A DNA stretch of 64,000 nt from Proteromonas lacertae (lineage: Eukaryota). The DNA is taken from NCBI GenBank assembly GCA_002245135.1, contig NGBS01000874.1, positions 62,001-126,000 of the forward strand, given 5' to 3'. The translations under genes and the position numbers were made by a program. This document shows, piece by piece, positions 27,442 through 40,099 of the stretch. Under the pieces are notes generated by a model. The model searched no databases and was not told where the DNA came from. It was given only the letters and a program-made list of their open reading frames with translations. Every line of letters starts with the position of its first letter. The stretch's first letter is position 1.

Positions 27442-29322
27442 CTATATTGGATTAGCAAAAATATAAGTTGTATCATCAGGTTGTAACTTTGGAACATTTT
27501 TGGGTTGTGAAAAACTAAAGTCATCATTATCATCATCATCAACATTATTGTCAATCTTTAAATCATTGGGTTTACTAAAGCTAAATTCTCTTGATAAATT
27601 CTCATCACTTCTAACAATCAATTTAGATGGTGTTGGAGAAGAGAAGGAAAATTCTATTACATCGTGTGTTGAAAAAGGAGAATCCATTTCCACTGTACTT
27701 TTATTTGTTTTTATTGATGAAGTAAAAATGCTGTTATTAATAGGGTCAAAGGCAGATAAAGAATTTCTTTTCTTTACATATTCTGTAGCTTCATTAATCT
27801 TTTCAGACAATATTGACATACTGTCATTTATATCTTTATTAACAAATGAAAAATCAATTTTTGTTTTGTTATTATCTTCTTTTTCTTCTTCATTATTATT
27901 ATTACTATTATTATATTGCGAATACAATTTACTAGGAGTTGTTAGTCTATCCAAAGTAGAAAATATTATTTTAGTATCTTTGTTTAAATCAAAATTTAAT
28001 CTTGATTTATCTGATAAAGAAGATGATGAAAATGATAAATTATTAATCTGTTTTGATTCAATTACATTTGGTTTTATTACTTTCGAGGATTTTGAAATTT
28101 CTTCATCCTTTTCGATTGATATGGTTTTGATTCTTTTAGATGGTGGAACTGCTATAATTGTTGTATATGGAATATATTTCAATTTAAAATATCTTTTCTC
28201 TGATTGGATTGGCTTATTTGTTTTGTTTTTATTGATACGTAATTGAAATCTCTTTCTTTTCATTAGATTTGGTGGTTGTTCTATATTTGAATAATATAAA
28301 GGTGTTGATGTTGTTTGAAAATTAAATAATCTTATATTCTTATTCATTTCATTTTTTTCTTCTTTTTTGCTATCTTCGTTTTCTTTTTCGTTTTGACTAT
28401 TCTTTTCATTCTCACTATTAAACTGTTGCATTTTAGTATCACTATCATTTTTTTCATTCTCTGGTATATGTTGGTATAATATAACGCTATTATTATCTTC
28501 ATCATTATCGTTTGATATGTTTAATAGAATATGCATATTACTATCATTGTCTGATGGAGGTGGAACTGGAATGGGAATGCCTTCGTTTGATTCTCCATTT
28601 TGAACATTATTATCTTTACTTTCTTCTTCTACTTCTTCTTCTTTTTCTTCTTCTATTGATGATTTTTCATTCTCTATTTCTTCTTTATTTTCACTATTTT
28701 TTTCTTTCTCTTCTTTTTCTAATTCTTCTAACTCTTCAGGATCAATTATAGTTATATTTGGATCAAACTTATTGCTATTATTATCATTTTCACTCTCTTT
28801 TGATGAAAATAGGTTTGATAAAACATTAGATAATTTTGATTTGATTTTTGACCAAATAGATTCAGATTCTACAAGTACATTTTCTATTGCTTCAACAGGA
28901 ATAATTGTCTCATTTAGATCGATTGATTCTTCTTCCTTCTCATGTTCATTTGGTAGTGCTACAAGCTGATTTTCTTCTTCTTCTTCTATTTTTTCAGATT
29001 CTTTTGGAGTAACTTCCTGATCTGATTCTACTTCCTTCATATCTGTTAATTTTTCATTTTCTTCTGTAGTTTCACTTTCAATTTCTTTATTAAAATCTAC
29101 TTCTTGAGTTTTTTCTATTTCATCATCTAAAATCACATCCTTACTTTTTACTCCTCTTTTAGTTGATTTTTTAGTTGTTGTGTTTGTTTCAGATTTTGAT
29201 TTTGCTGGAGTTTTGATTTTATTGTCATTTAAATCCTTCTTATTGTTTTTAACTGGAGTTTTCTTTGCATTCTTTTTTGTTGCAAGTGTTTTAGTCTTTT
29301 TTACGGCTTTATCTTTTGTCAT
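27442..29322 (-). CDS. Low-complexity charged protein with FxF repeats; candidate Nup1/Nup153-like basket nucleoporin
   Basis: Intronless ORF; TKIIFSTLDRLTTP motif; C-terminal FSFSSP/FSFSKP/FSFSQP/YIFANP repeats. The function is inferred. Confidence 0.5.
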   Translation of the reverse strand: MTKDKAVKKTKTLATKKNAKKTPVKNNKKDLNDNKIKTPAKSKSETNTTTKKSTKRGVKSKDVILDDEIEKTQEVDFNKEIESETTEENEKLTDMKEVESDQEVTPKESEKIEEEEENQLVALPNEHEKEEESIDLNETIIPVEAIENVLVESESIWSKIKSKLSNVLSNLFSSKESENDNNSNKFDPNITIIDPEELEELEKEEKEKNSENKEEIENEKSSIEEEKEEEVEEESKDNNVQNGESNEGIPIPVPPPSDNDSNMHILLNISNDNDEDNNSVILYQHIPENEKNDSDTKMQQFNSENEKNSQNEKENEDSKKEEKNEMNKNIRLFNFQTTSTPLYYSNIEQPPNLMKRKRFQLRINKNKTNKPIQSEKRYFKLKYIPYTTIIAVPPSKRIKTISIEKDEEISKSSKVIKPNVIESKQINNLSFSSSSLSDKSRLNFDLNKDTKIIFSTLDRLTTPSKLYSQYNNSNNNNEEEKEDNNKTKIDFSFVNKDINDSMSILSEKINEATEYVKKRNSLSAFDPINNSIFTSSIKTNKSTVEMDSPFSTHDVIEFSFSSPTPSKLIVRSDENLSREFSFSKPNDLKIDNNVDDDDNDDFSFSQPKNVPKLQPDDTTYIFANPI

Positions 29323-29411
29323 TATTCTTTTGAATAACAAGCCAAAAGTTTGAGTTATTTTTTTTATTTTTTATTTTCTCGTCTTACACATTGTAATCAT
29401 GCAGGTGAAGA

Positions 29412-31102
29412 ATGGAATTGAGACAGTCAATTTATTGAACTGCGATTCAAAAACAAAAGGTATTGATAAAGACGGTTTTTTCGAAATTTGTATATATTTA
29501 TTTCTTCATTTTGATTAGGAGCACTTGTAAACGCCAAATTTGGTGATCAATTTTTGCATTCCAGAATTATAGCTAGAAGTAAGCTGATTCATTTTTATTG
29601 TTATTTAGAAAAGAATCCAGAATCATATTATGTTCATTATTTACCCGTATTAATTCTATTAAAATTATAATAAATAGCTTAATCGTAGAATGGATGCTTG
29701 GATCCAAAAATCAGATATAACGCTTCTTGATGAAGAAATAAAAAGAGTTATAATAGCAGAAGAACTAGCACACAGAGATAAAAAGAGAAAAAAACTGGCA
29801 CAACCAATGCTGGATGAAGCACCATCAGAATTAAGACAAGAAATTGAAGAAGTATTGTTTGATTTATATATATATATATATATATTAATGTTGTAATTCA
29901 TAGGAATTAGACCATGATGAACATGAAGGTATGGATGAAGCATCAATCAGAGAACATGAGGAAGTAACAAAACTGAAAGTATTTATTAATAAATGTTAGT
30001 TTAATCATCATAGAATGTTAGATCAATAGAAATAGGTAAATATATAATGGATGCTTGGTATTTCAGTCCATTTCCAAAGGAATATTATCCAGATGGAATT
30101 ATTGATAGAGTATTTATTAATAGTTATATAGTATAGATATTCTTTTGTGAGTTTTGCCTTTCATTTTTCAAAGATAGAAGAGATTTGATAAATCATGTAA
30201 AGAAATGCACTGCAAAAGTATAATGCCATAATTGTCATTATAATTTTATGTTTATAGTGTCCACCAGGTGATGAAATATATAGAAAAGATAATATTTCAA
30301 TGTTTGAAGTCGATGGAGCTGGAACTTATCAACAACACATTTATTGTCAAGTATAAAAATACTCTATTATTATATAACCAACAATAGAATTTATCATTTT
30401 TAGCAAAGTTATTTTTAGATCACAAAACTTTATATTACGATGTAGATCCTTTCTTTTTCTATTGTATGTGTGAAAGGGATAATAAAGGATATCACATTGT
30501 TGGCTATTTCAGTAAGGAGAAATACAGTGAGCAAGGATATAATTTAGCATGTATCTTAACATTACCTTGCTATCAAAGGAGAGGATTTGGACATTTTTTA
30601 ATTGATTTTTCATATGCATTATCTAAGATTCAAGAGAAAGTTGGTAGTCCAGAAAAACCACTATCAGATTTAGGACAATTGAGTTTTAGAGCTTATTGGA
30701 CAAAGAGTATTGATTATATTTCCATTAATGTATTTTTTATAGTGATTTTAAGAATATTGAGGGATCATAAAGAAGTAACTATTTATGAAATTGCACAACT
30801 CACTTCCATTCTACCTGAAGATATACAGAATACATGCAAATACCTTGGTATTATTGATTTTAAGAATAATGGAAATTATGTGTTCAGTGTTCCAGAGAAA
30901 TTAATAGAAGAAAAACTAAGACCAGTATGAATATATTATAAAAATTATATTTGCATTATAGTTTAAAGAGAAGAAATTGCTGGAAGTTGATCCAAGTTGT
31001 TTAATATGGGAACCATACATTCCACCAGAAGGGAAGTACGACAAATATTCTTTATCCTCTAAAATCAACAAAGAAGAAGTTCCTATGGAAGATAACTCAT
31101 AA
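29412..31102 (+). CDS. MYST-family histone acetyltransferase (Esa1/Tip60/MOF-like)
   Basis: YYVHY..LNRRMDAW chromo-barrel, WYFSPFP, CEFC zinc finger, AKLFLDHKTLYYDV, QRRGFG and PEKPLSDLG; many introns. Confidence 0.95.
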
Positions 31103-31281
31103 CTTTAATTATATTTTTTATATGGAAGCATTTATATTTTGTCATATTTACATCAAAAATGCGCTGTATTTTTTTGTTTGAATGCTATAAAAGAAAATTT
31201 CAGCTTTTTTATAGGCGAGGCATAAATAGAGAGGAAAACCTAATTATTAGCATAATTGATTTATAATTTTGCTTATTTTTA

Positions 31282-32424
31282 ATGGAGGTATAAATTAATT
31301 AACATAATATTATTGTCATAGTTCACCTCTACTCGTGAAAATTTAGAAAAGATTATGAAAATTCTTGTAGATCGACAGAAAGGATTACATTTTCACTCAG
31401 GAACAGAAGAAGATGGTATTAATCGTTATAGTAATATGTATAGGAAATGAAGATAAGCATATTGATTATTTTAGAGGAAAAGCTTTACTGAAATGGTTTC
31501 AAACACCTGATAATATCAAATATTTGCCATTTAACAATATAACAGCAGATAAAGCAGAATATATAGGTGGTGAATTACTTAGCAATCATTTCATTCATGC
31601 CATTGAGTCTATACCAGATGGTAGAAGGAGATTCATCTATTCAGACTATCAGGAATTCAGTGAAAACAGCGAATTTGCATGCGACTACAAAATACCAGAA
31701 TATTGCAGTCTTTATATGATTTTAGCACTTGCTATTGTAGTTTTGCTTTTATTTACAATGCCATGGTGGCCATATCATATTAAGATCATTGTTTACTACT
31801 TCACTATTTTCTATATTGTCACATTCACCAGTTTATTGATTATTAGATATTCGTTGTATGTATTCTGCTGGGTAATGGGATATTCAGTATGGATATTCCC
31901 TCGTCTCAATGATGATCTTGGTATTGTAGAATCATTTACACCAATTATCTCAATTGAAGTATATTATTGCTTATTTTATCATTATTATGTATATAGAAAA
32001 AGAAAACTAATCCTTTCTTAAGATTAGCCGTATTGGGAGCAATTCTTGCACTTACTTCTTACATCATAACAATGCCAAGAGATTTTTCAAAGTTTATTGA
32101 TGAGAAGAAAGAATGGGTAGGTGACATATTGTCAGGTAGATACATGGGTTTTGATGATTATGATTATAACTATAACAACTATAATTATGATGATAATAAC
32201 TATAATTCCGATGATGTATAATAATATTAATATATGTTTATTTTTATATTTATTAGTACAAGATTGAAGATGATAATGCTGTGAATAATGAAAATGCCTT
32301 GCCAAATGTTGATGATGATGAAGCAAATGGTAAATTTGATGAAAATGATGTTGCTAAAGAAGAGAACAACAACGATAATAACAATAACAATGAAAATAGT
32401 GAAGTTAAAGATAATCCAAACTGA
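31282..32424 (+). CDS. SEC62: Translocation protein Sec62
   Basis: IDYFRGKAL, MPWWP, IIRY, WIFPRLNDDLGIVESFTP; TM segments; acidic tail. Confidence 0.85.
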
Positions 32425-32549
32425 TTTTTTTCCAAATATCTAATTAATTTGATTTTTATTATTATAGAATGTGTATATGAAGTATTTATAAAGGGTTTTA
32501 TAGTGTTATAAACACATACAGTTGATAATATTCAATAATTAATAAAGAA

Positions 32550-34204
32550 TTACACTGCTTTTACAATCAATTCTTCTTTTTCTTCCTTATTTTCTTCTTT
32601 TCCTCCTTCTTCTTTCTCTCTCTTTTCTTTCTCTTCCTTTTCTCTATCAATGAATCCATAATCTTCTGGAATTTTGAATAATTCTAAATCCATATTCTTT
32701 TTCTCAGCTTCAATCATCTTATAGTAGAAACTCAAAGTGTATTTCAAAGGCAAATCACAATAAACAGGAAAACCTTCTGGAAAACTATTAGCTTTGAAGA
32801 AATTAGTAAAATTCTCGAAATGTCTTACAGATTTTGCTAATACTTGAGCTATAGGAAATATATCTTCAATTGAAAATGGGAAATCTTTACTCATCTGTAA
32901 TTGAGCGTTTATTGTAAATTTAACTTTCTTTATATCGTTGTTCAATACTCTTACTTTCTTATTCAAACATCCTACACCAACATCTAAATCACCAAAACTT
33001 GAAGTTACTTCATTTTTACCACTTATATTCACTGATATTTTTACTTCCTTTTCTACACCAAATGGATGAAGAACAGAAAATTTACCATCATTTATCCATA
33101 TTAAATGTAATACTCCATCTTCTTGAGATTCTATTCTACTTTTATGACTAATTTTTTCAACTCTTTCATTTTCATATACTTTTCCATTTATAGAAGCATG
33201 GAATTCTACTACAAATGTAATACTTCTGTTGTTTATTTCATTAAATTCAAAATCTACTTCTGTACCTTGTTTGCAGTTTATAATTATTTCTTCACTTTTA
33301 TTTGGCTGGATTTTTATTGTACTAGATCTCTTATCATCTCCCATTAAACCAATCAAATCATAAGGTTGTGTAGCAGTTTCACCATTTGGTAAACTAGAAA
33401 TAATAATAGCAATAATAATAATTAATAATTAATACATTAGTGGTTCATCAGATGCTGGTTTTCCAATAAATGTTGTGATTTTTATGTTATACATATCATA
33501 ATACCGAGTATTCCATTTCTTAATCTTTCCTTTCTTTTCATTGTGAAGATATGTTAAAGTTGGTTTAAATGTAGCATCTCTTGTGAATAAATCAAACTAT
33601 TTCATATATAATTATAAATATATAATTATACATAAAATCTTGGTGTTTTCATTTTCATATCAACAATTTCAGGATCTATTACTTCTGTTGATTTATTCTT
33701 TGATGATGAGGATGAACTATCAAAACTTACAGTTTCATATGTTTTCTTTTTATGATTAATTTGATATAATTCACTTTCTACACCTTCTTTATCACTATTT
33801 CCAATGAATAATAAACTAATATGACCTCTTGTTATTGACATACCTTCTATTCCATCAATTGTAACTATTGATTATAACTATAATATATATAATAAATACA
33901 GTCAATTCTTAGATTATCATCTTGTTTATAAATGTCTACTGTATCTTGAGGCAAATAACCATTCACTATCACAATCCATGAATAAAATGCATATTTTAAA
34001 CGAATATGGCCATTTGGACTTGATTTTAATGATTCTGCTATCCCTTCTATTTGTCGTTTCAATTTTTCTTCACCACCTATCATTCTCTTTTCCAAGTATA
34101 ATGACATGAAATCATAATCATTTATTCCTGAAGCAAAGAAATCAGAACTCCAGTTATCTCCATCTTTTACACGACAATTTGCTCCAATCTTTAACAAATA
34201 CTTC

Positions 34205-34256
<52 letters not shown>

Positions 34257-34526
34257 AGCAATTGACACTCTTTTCAACTTCAATGCAACCATGAGTGGAG
34301 TATTTCCACCACAATCAACACTTTCTATACATTCCACACCATTTTTATGTAAATATTTCTTTATTTTATATAAACAGCAATTCTGATATATCATTTCATG
34401 TAATGGATATAATGTCTTATGATTTGATTTACCACATGAACAATAATAATCTTTCAGTTCATTTTCACTACCATTATCATCTTCATTTAATATTGTTTTT
34501 AATGGCAATGATTTCTCTATATCCAT
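32550..34526 (-). CDS. ANKRD13: ANKRD13-like ankyrin-repeat protein with inserted GOLD-like domain (probably the 3' part of a fusion with the upstream pseudokinase)
   Basis: YPLHEMI and GNTPLMVA ankyrin repeats; PQDTVDIYK..NLRID; FPFSIEDIFPI...FPEGFPV; GOLD-like VDFEF..G.L.L.W.N segment. Confidence 0.8.
34208..34254. repeat. (TAA)n microsatellite filling an intron
   Basis: Occupies nearly all of intron 34204-34256. Confidence 0.9.
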
Positions 34527-34577
34527 TTTTAATAAATCTATTCATTATTATTGTTATTATTATATTTCATTTATCTA

Positions 34578-35420
34578 TTATATACTTTTAATTTCTTCTT
34601 TTAAAGTTTCAAGATCTATTCTCTCTTCAACATTCAACACTAAAATTCTTTCTAACAGTTTATTGACAGATTTTACAATTTCTTTTTCTTTATCATCTTC
34701 GACTTCTATTTCATCAAATGGATTATATTCACATTTTAATATCTTGTCTTTGATTTCATCTTTATTCTTACCTTCAAAACAGTTTTTATTTGATAATAAA
34801 TAGTATAGAATTGAGCCAAAACTAAAAATATCACTTTTTATACTCAGTTTTTCATTTCTAAAATGTTCAGGAGATAAATAACGAATATTGTCTATATTCA
34901 TATTTTTTAATGGATTTATCAATTTATCTTGATAATAATCAACTAATACTATTTCATTCTTTTCATTTTTCAAAATGTTGGAAGGGTATAACTTACCATG
35001 ATATACACTATTATTGTTCAATTCATCCAAAGCATTCAAAATAGCATTTAGTATATCCTCCAATCCTACATTATTATCCAATGACAAACTCATCTTACTT
35101 AACCAACGGCTTTTTAATATCTTTTTAGAACCATCTTTTAAATCATGTATGGCATATTTCATTAAATGGATATCAGTCACTTTACTGCTTAATTCACGCT
35201 ATATATATACACAATGATATTTATACCAATCTATCAACAATTTCATTACAATCAATTATTTTCATCATATATTCTATACAACAATCATCGGTCACTTTAT
35301 AACTAGGATTATCTTCACTTTCTAAGTATTTTGACATTATTTTAAACATCATATCATCATCTTTAATATTCTAATTATTATATCAAATAGTCTATATACA
35401 ATTATATCACCTACATTCAT
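34578..35420 (-). CDS. Protein kinase-like domain, predicted pseudokinase
   Basis: YHGKLYPSNIL (HRD lost), VDYY (DFG lost), YLSPE and SDIFSFG; 5' exons via introns including 35199-35226. Confidence 0.75.
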
Positions 35421-35543
35421 TTCAAAAAACAAAATGAAAAATACAACCAAAATTATTTTCTTACCCCACATTTTTCATTTTTTCAAAGTAAACTAAAAAG
35501 AACAATATATATATCAAGAAAATCATAATAACATGGTGACTGA

Positions 35544-36223
35544 TTATTTTACATTGGAAAATTCTTTTGATAATTCTTTCTTTTCTTCTTCTGAAATTCC
35601 ATCTATTTTGATTATTTCAATAGATGAAAATGATTTTACAAATGATTTTAATTCTAATTTATCTATATTCTCTTTCACTATTATGGATAATTCATCTAAA
35701 CTATCAAATACTTCTTGATTTTCTTTCATTAATCTCAATTCTTCATCATTTAATTTATTTCCTGATATATTTATCTCTTCTAATAGTTCATAATATTTTA
35801 ATGTTATTATTAATGCTTTTAATCCTCTTTTGTTCATTCTAACATCTATTCAAATAATATACAATATCATCTCTTGAAAAATTATCAATTAGCTTCTCTA
35901 AATCATTATTGTAATAGTTTCTCTTTAGTAGCACTAACTTGTTGTGGAGTATTTTAATTTGTAATGGAATAATAAATTCAAAAAACAGTTCATTCAACAT
36001 TTGGTTATTTTCATATAACTTCAAAATCTTTTCATCAATTCCTACATCCACAATTGTTATCATCTTTATCATTATATCATCTTCCACTTTAACATCCAAA
36101 TCTATCTCGTTAAAACTTCTTACTCTACTTCTTTTTATCTATATATTATATCCATATTTCTCATACATCTCTAGCAAATGGAAAGAGTAACTGTAAACTA
36201 GAAGTTATTGAAAAATTCAACAT
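35544..36223 (-). pseudogene. Leucine-rich-repeat protein fragment (frameshifted or degenerate)
   Basis: LEEINISGNKLNDEEL is an RI-like LRR; two ORFs are offset by one base near 35839-35852; boundaries uncertain. Confidence 0.4.
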
Positions 36224-36335
36224 TTTGTTTATGAAAATAGAGTCGTTACAAATCTTTTCATTTCATTTTATCAACAACAAATAAACAGTTCAAACAGTAA
36301 TATATATAGATTATATATAATTATATTTATAGCTG

Positions 36336-36362
<27 letters not shown>
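36336..36362. repeat. (TA)n microsatellite
   Basis: TA run in an intergenic/3' region. Confidence 0.9.
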
Positions 36363-36366
<4 letters not shown>

Positions 36367-36403
36367 ATAATAATAAATAATTTGTTAGTAAATTAAAACT
36401 TTT

Positions 36404-37639
36404 TCAAAAAGCAGATTTCGACATATCAAACGATGGAACTCTAGGACTAGTTTGACTCAAATTTACATCCAATTCACCTGGTTGAGTATAAAGTCCTTTC
36501 TGTCTCTTATCACTTATATGACTCAAAGTAGGTCGAGATACTACTTTCTTTAATGGAACACTCCAAACATGTTTGTGGCGAGTAGATAAAACACGATCAT
36601 CATAATCTAAAGCACTTGGATTACCACTATTTATGTCAATAATAATAATAATAATATATTTTATACTTTGATGTTTTAGCATACATTTGCCAAAATGAAC
36701 TATTTCTTATACTCATATCTTCAGGAGGTTTTATAAACGATCCTTTCTTACTACTCTTATCCCAACTGATTGTATGATCAGTTCGAGGTTTCGTTAAAGT
36801 ATAATTTGGATCATATTGTAAACCAACAAATGGAATAACTTCTTCAGGAGGACTGTGGAACTTTTTTGGACATTTCTTTACAAAATTTAAATTTGATTTA
36901 TCACTTTGTCTAGTTATTCGATATCCACTGTCTAAATCATATTCACGATCAGCGGAGTTTTCTACGGCTAAACTCTCTCGAATGTGATTTGCTGGAGGTT
37001 TATCTCGAGATACAGATGTAAATACTGGAGATGGTTTAACAGGAGGTGATTTATTGATAAATTTCTTTAAAGGACGAAATTGGCGAGGAGACTATTTAAT
37101 TCAATAAATATATTAAATATCATGGAGTATATATACTGCAGTTCTCACTTCACTGGGTGGATAATACATCTTATAAGTTGGAGATCTTGGTTCTACTAAA
37201 TCATAAGATACATTCTCATAATAACCAACTGGAGGTACATGTTTCGTTGACATGTAGCGATAATGAGCTTGTCGAGGAACTGATACAAAATTGGAAGTTG
37301 GTCTTTCTCTGTTAGCGTGTCTTCTATTGGAAATTATGATGTTAAAAATATTTTACATACTCTTCTTCTTCAGTAAAAGTGGGTCTTGGAACTTGAGTAC
37401 TAACAAATTAACCAATTTGAATATACGCTGTCTTAGGTTTTAAATCATGAATACCTTCACTTTCTAAACCTGGATAATAATCCCACCAATCATCTATTCT
37501 TGGTGAAGAAGCAAATGGTTTATTAGCTCCTTCGTCTTCAGGAGGAATAACAGTGACTTTATTCTGAATCATGGCGCTGTATCTATGTCAATAATACTAA
37601 TATCCAATACGGAAAAGCAGCTGGTATATCTACAGGCAT
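36404..37639 (-). CDS. Pro/Tyr repeat protein, SHIPPO/ODF3-like (axonemal-type repeats)
   Basis: Multi-exon ORF with VPPVGYY..YDLVEPRSP, QYDPNYTLTKPR and DYDDRVLSTRHK repeats. Confidence 0.55.
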
Positions 37640-37687
37640 AAAAATATCTCTGTAACAGTCTTACTATCAAACCACGGCTTGATCAGA

Positions 37688-38740
37688 ATGGATGAAAATT
37701 CAATCGATGTAGCACGAAAATGGAAATTTTCGCATATCTATGATAAGCTTGATGAGCCTGCAAGGAAGAAAATCAAGATGGATGAAGTTGCTCTTTTTAG
37801 TGTTACAAAAGAGAGTGATTCTGAAGTAATGGTTAACCAACTGACAAAATATTTACCTCACACAGCATTAGTGACAGATGGCTGTGCATGTGTTGGAGGA
37901 AATACATCATACTTTGCAAAATACTTCAATCGAGTAAAAGCATATGAAATAGATCCAGAAAGATATAAACTTCTTCTAAACAATTTAGAAGTTTATGGAG
38001 TTGGTAGAAAATGTGAATGTTATAATGAAGACTTCACAAAAGTGATTGATAATGTTCATGAAGATTTAGTCTTTTTAGATCCACCGTATTCATATTTCTA
38101 ATTATATTTAATCTGTAGATGGGGAGGAGAAGATTATTTAACTCATGAAACTTTAGAATTAGAAATGTCAGGATTAACAACAAAAGAGATAGTATCAAAG
38201 CTAAGAGGTCATACTAGATACATCTATCTCAAAGTCCCACAAAATTTTGATTTCCAAGCCATTTATAATTACAACAAAGATATTGTAGAATTAGAAAAAC
38301 AATCATTTGTTATATCTACAAAGAAAGGAACATTTTATTATACAGTTTTATTGGAATTTAATAATCCTAATAACGGTATAATATGGAACTCATATCCACG
38401 TACAAATCAAGTGAATAATCGTAAACAATTGAATATTGAAAATATCCGAATAGAATGATTTAGAAACGAATGATGATTGCATATGTTATTGTTATTATAT
38501 TAATTCATTATTAACACAATATTCTTATAATACTACAATATTAGACATGACGTCATCATCATTAGGTTTGCTATTTGTACATGCTAAAAAGATATTGGAT
38601 CAACCAAATACATTAATTGGTATAGAAAAGAATCAAATAAGATTGAAATGTAGTTTAGAGAATTATGAGAAGTATTTCCCTCATAATCAGAAGAATAAAT
38701 ATCCTGTTAAATATTATCCAACAATTGCTGATTATTTAAG

Positions 38741-38772
<32 letters not shown>

Positions 38773-39972
38773 CCAGTGATTCTCCTAAAGAATTTATCAT
38801 ATTTCACCATATAACTGAAGAAAGTAAAATCAAAACAATTGTTCCAGGAATTTTGAATCAGTATATTAATCAAGTAACACTAATGATTATTGTAATAAAT
38901 GAGAAATTAAGTGATATACGAATAAATAATGTATTACCAGAAGGATTTTCAGCTAAAGTTGATACATTTGAAAGAAGAGGTAAAAAGTGTTATTTCTTAG
39001 TTGTTTATAAAACTCAGAATTATTTTGTTAAGAATGAAATATTGATTAATTGTTTTACATTAAATAATGCTTTAAAACAACTAGTTAAAGATTTTTTGAA
39101 TTTAAGATATAATAGAATGTGTAAAGAGTTTGAAGGTTTTGCTTATCAAAATTTAAAAGATACATCAATCGAAAATTCTAAAAGTAAAAGCAATTATCCA
39201 AGTAGAAAGAATGACGTAATAAACAAAGATGAAATAATAATTAAAAAATTCAAAACAAACTATGAAAATGATTCAAAAATAAAGGAAATATATATGAATT
39301 CTGAATCATCTAAACTTCCACCATATATCTTAGGAAGACCAATATCAAAGGTAGAAAGAATCTATGACATGATTAAAGATCAAAATCCATCAATATCACC
39401 AAAAAATATACTTATAATAGGAGTAATAGATTGTGATATATCCCATGAAATACATAATAAATATCCTGCTAGTAAAATCACTAGTATTGATATATTAAAG
39501 TCTTATAAACCATTATATGGATCTTATAATTATCGTTCGTTAGATAGTGTAGATTTCGTTACTACTAGTAGTAGTAATAACAATAATAAATATGATATTA
39601 TTATTATTCAATCTTTACATCATTATATATTTCAATGTTTATTAATTGATAATTTGAGAGATAATTTGGATGATAAAGGTTATATTGTATTGTGTGAAAT
39701 GCATTGTAATGATTCAACTGTTGCACAATTTTATCAATTTTTACATTTGTTCCATTATCATTTCTTGATGAATATTGATATTTGTCCAAATAATCTTTTA
39801 TTTAGACCGATTTCTGATTGGACAATGTTGTTCGAATTGTGTCAGTATGATTTATTGAAGAGTTATCCTTCTGTTGTCTCTTATTATACGTATATATATA
39901 TCATTATTGATTTTATAATTTAATAGATTGATGATGCAAATTTATAAGAAGAGAGAAAAGAGTAAAAAATGA
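37688..39972 (+). CDS. TGS1-like RNA cap guanine-N2 methyltransferase domain, probably fused to further methyltransferase-like domains
   Basis: ALFSVT, DGCACVGGNT, AYEID and FLDPPWGG (split by an intron); in-frame introns 38411-38453 and ~38485-38544 link it to the 38547-39923 ORF carrying YDIIIIQSLHH..GYIVLCE. Confidence 0.7.
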
Positions 39973-40099
39973 GTAGAATGATATATGTATTATTATTGAT
40001 AATTCCATTGAAATGTTTTGTTGTGTTTATTAACATTGTAAAGAAATAATCAAAATAGATTGTCAAGCCAAATTTATTTAGATTTTTTGCATTTCTTCT

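Noticed and set aside
27500..28246. 248-aa plus-strand ORF rich in Ser/Leu
   Set aside because: Antisense shadow of the Lys/Glu/Asn-rich minus-strand gene; no independent motif.
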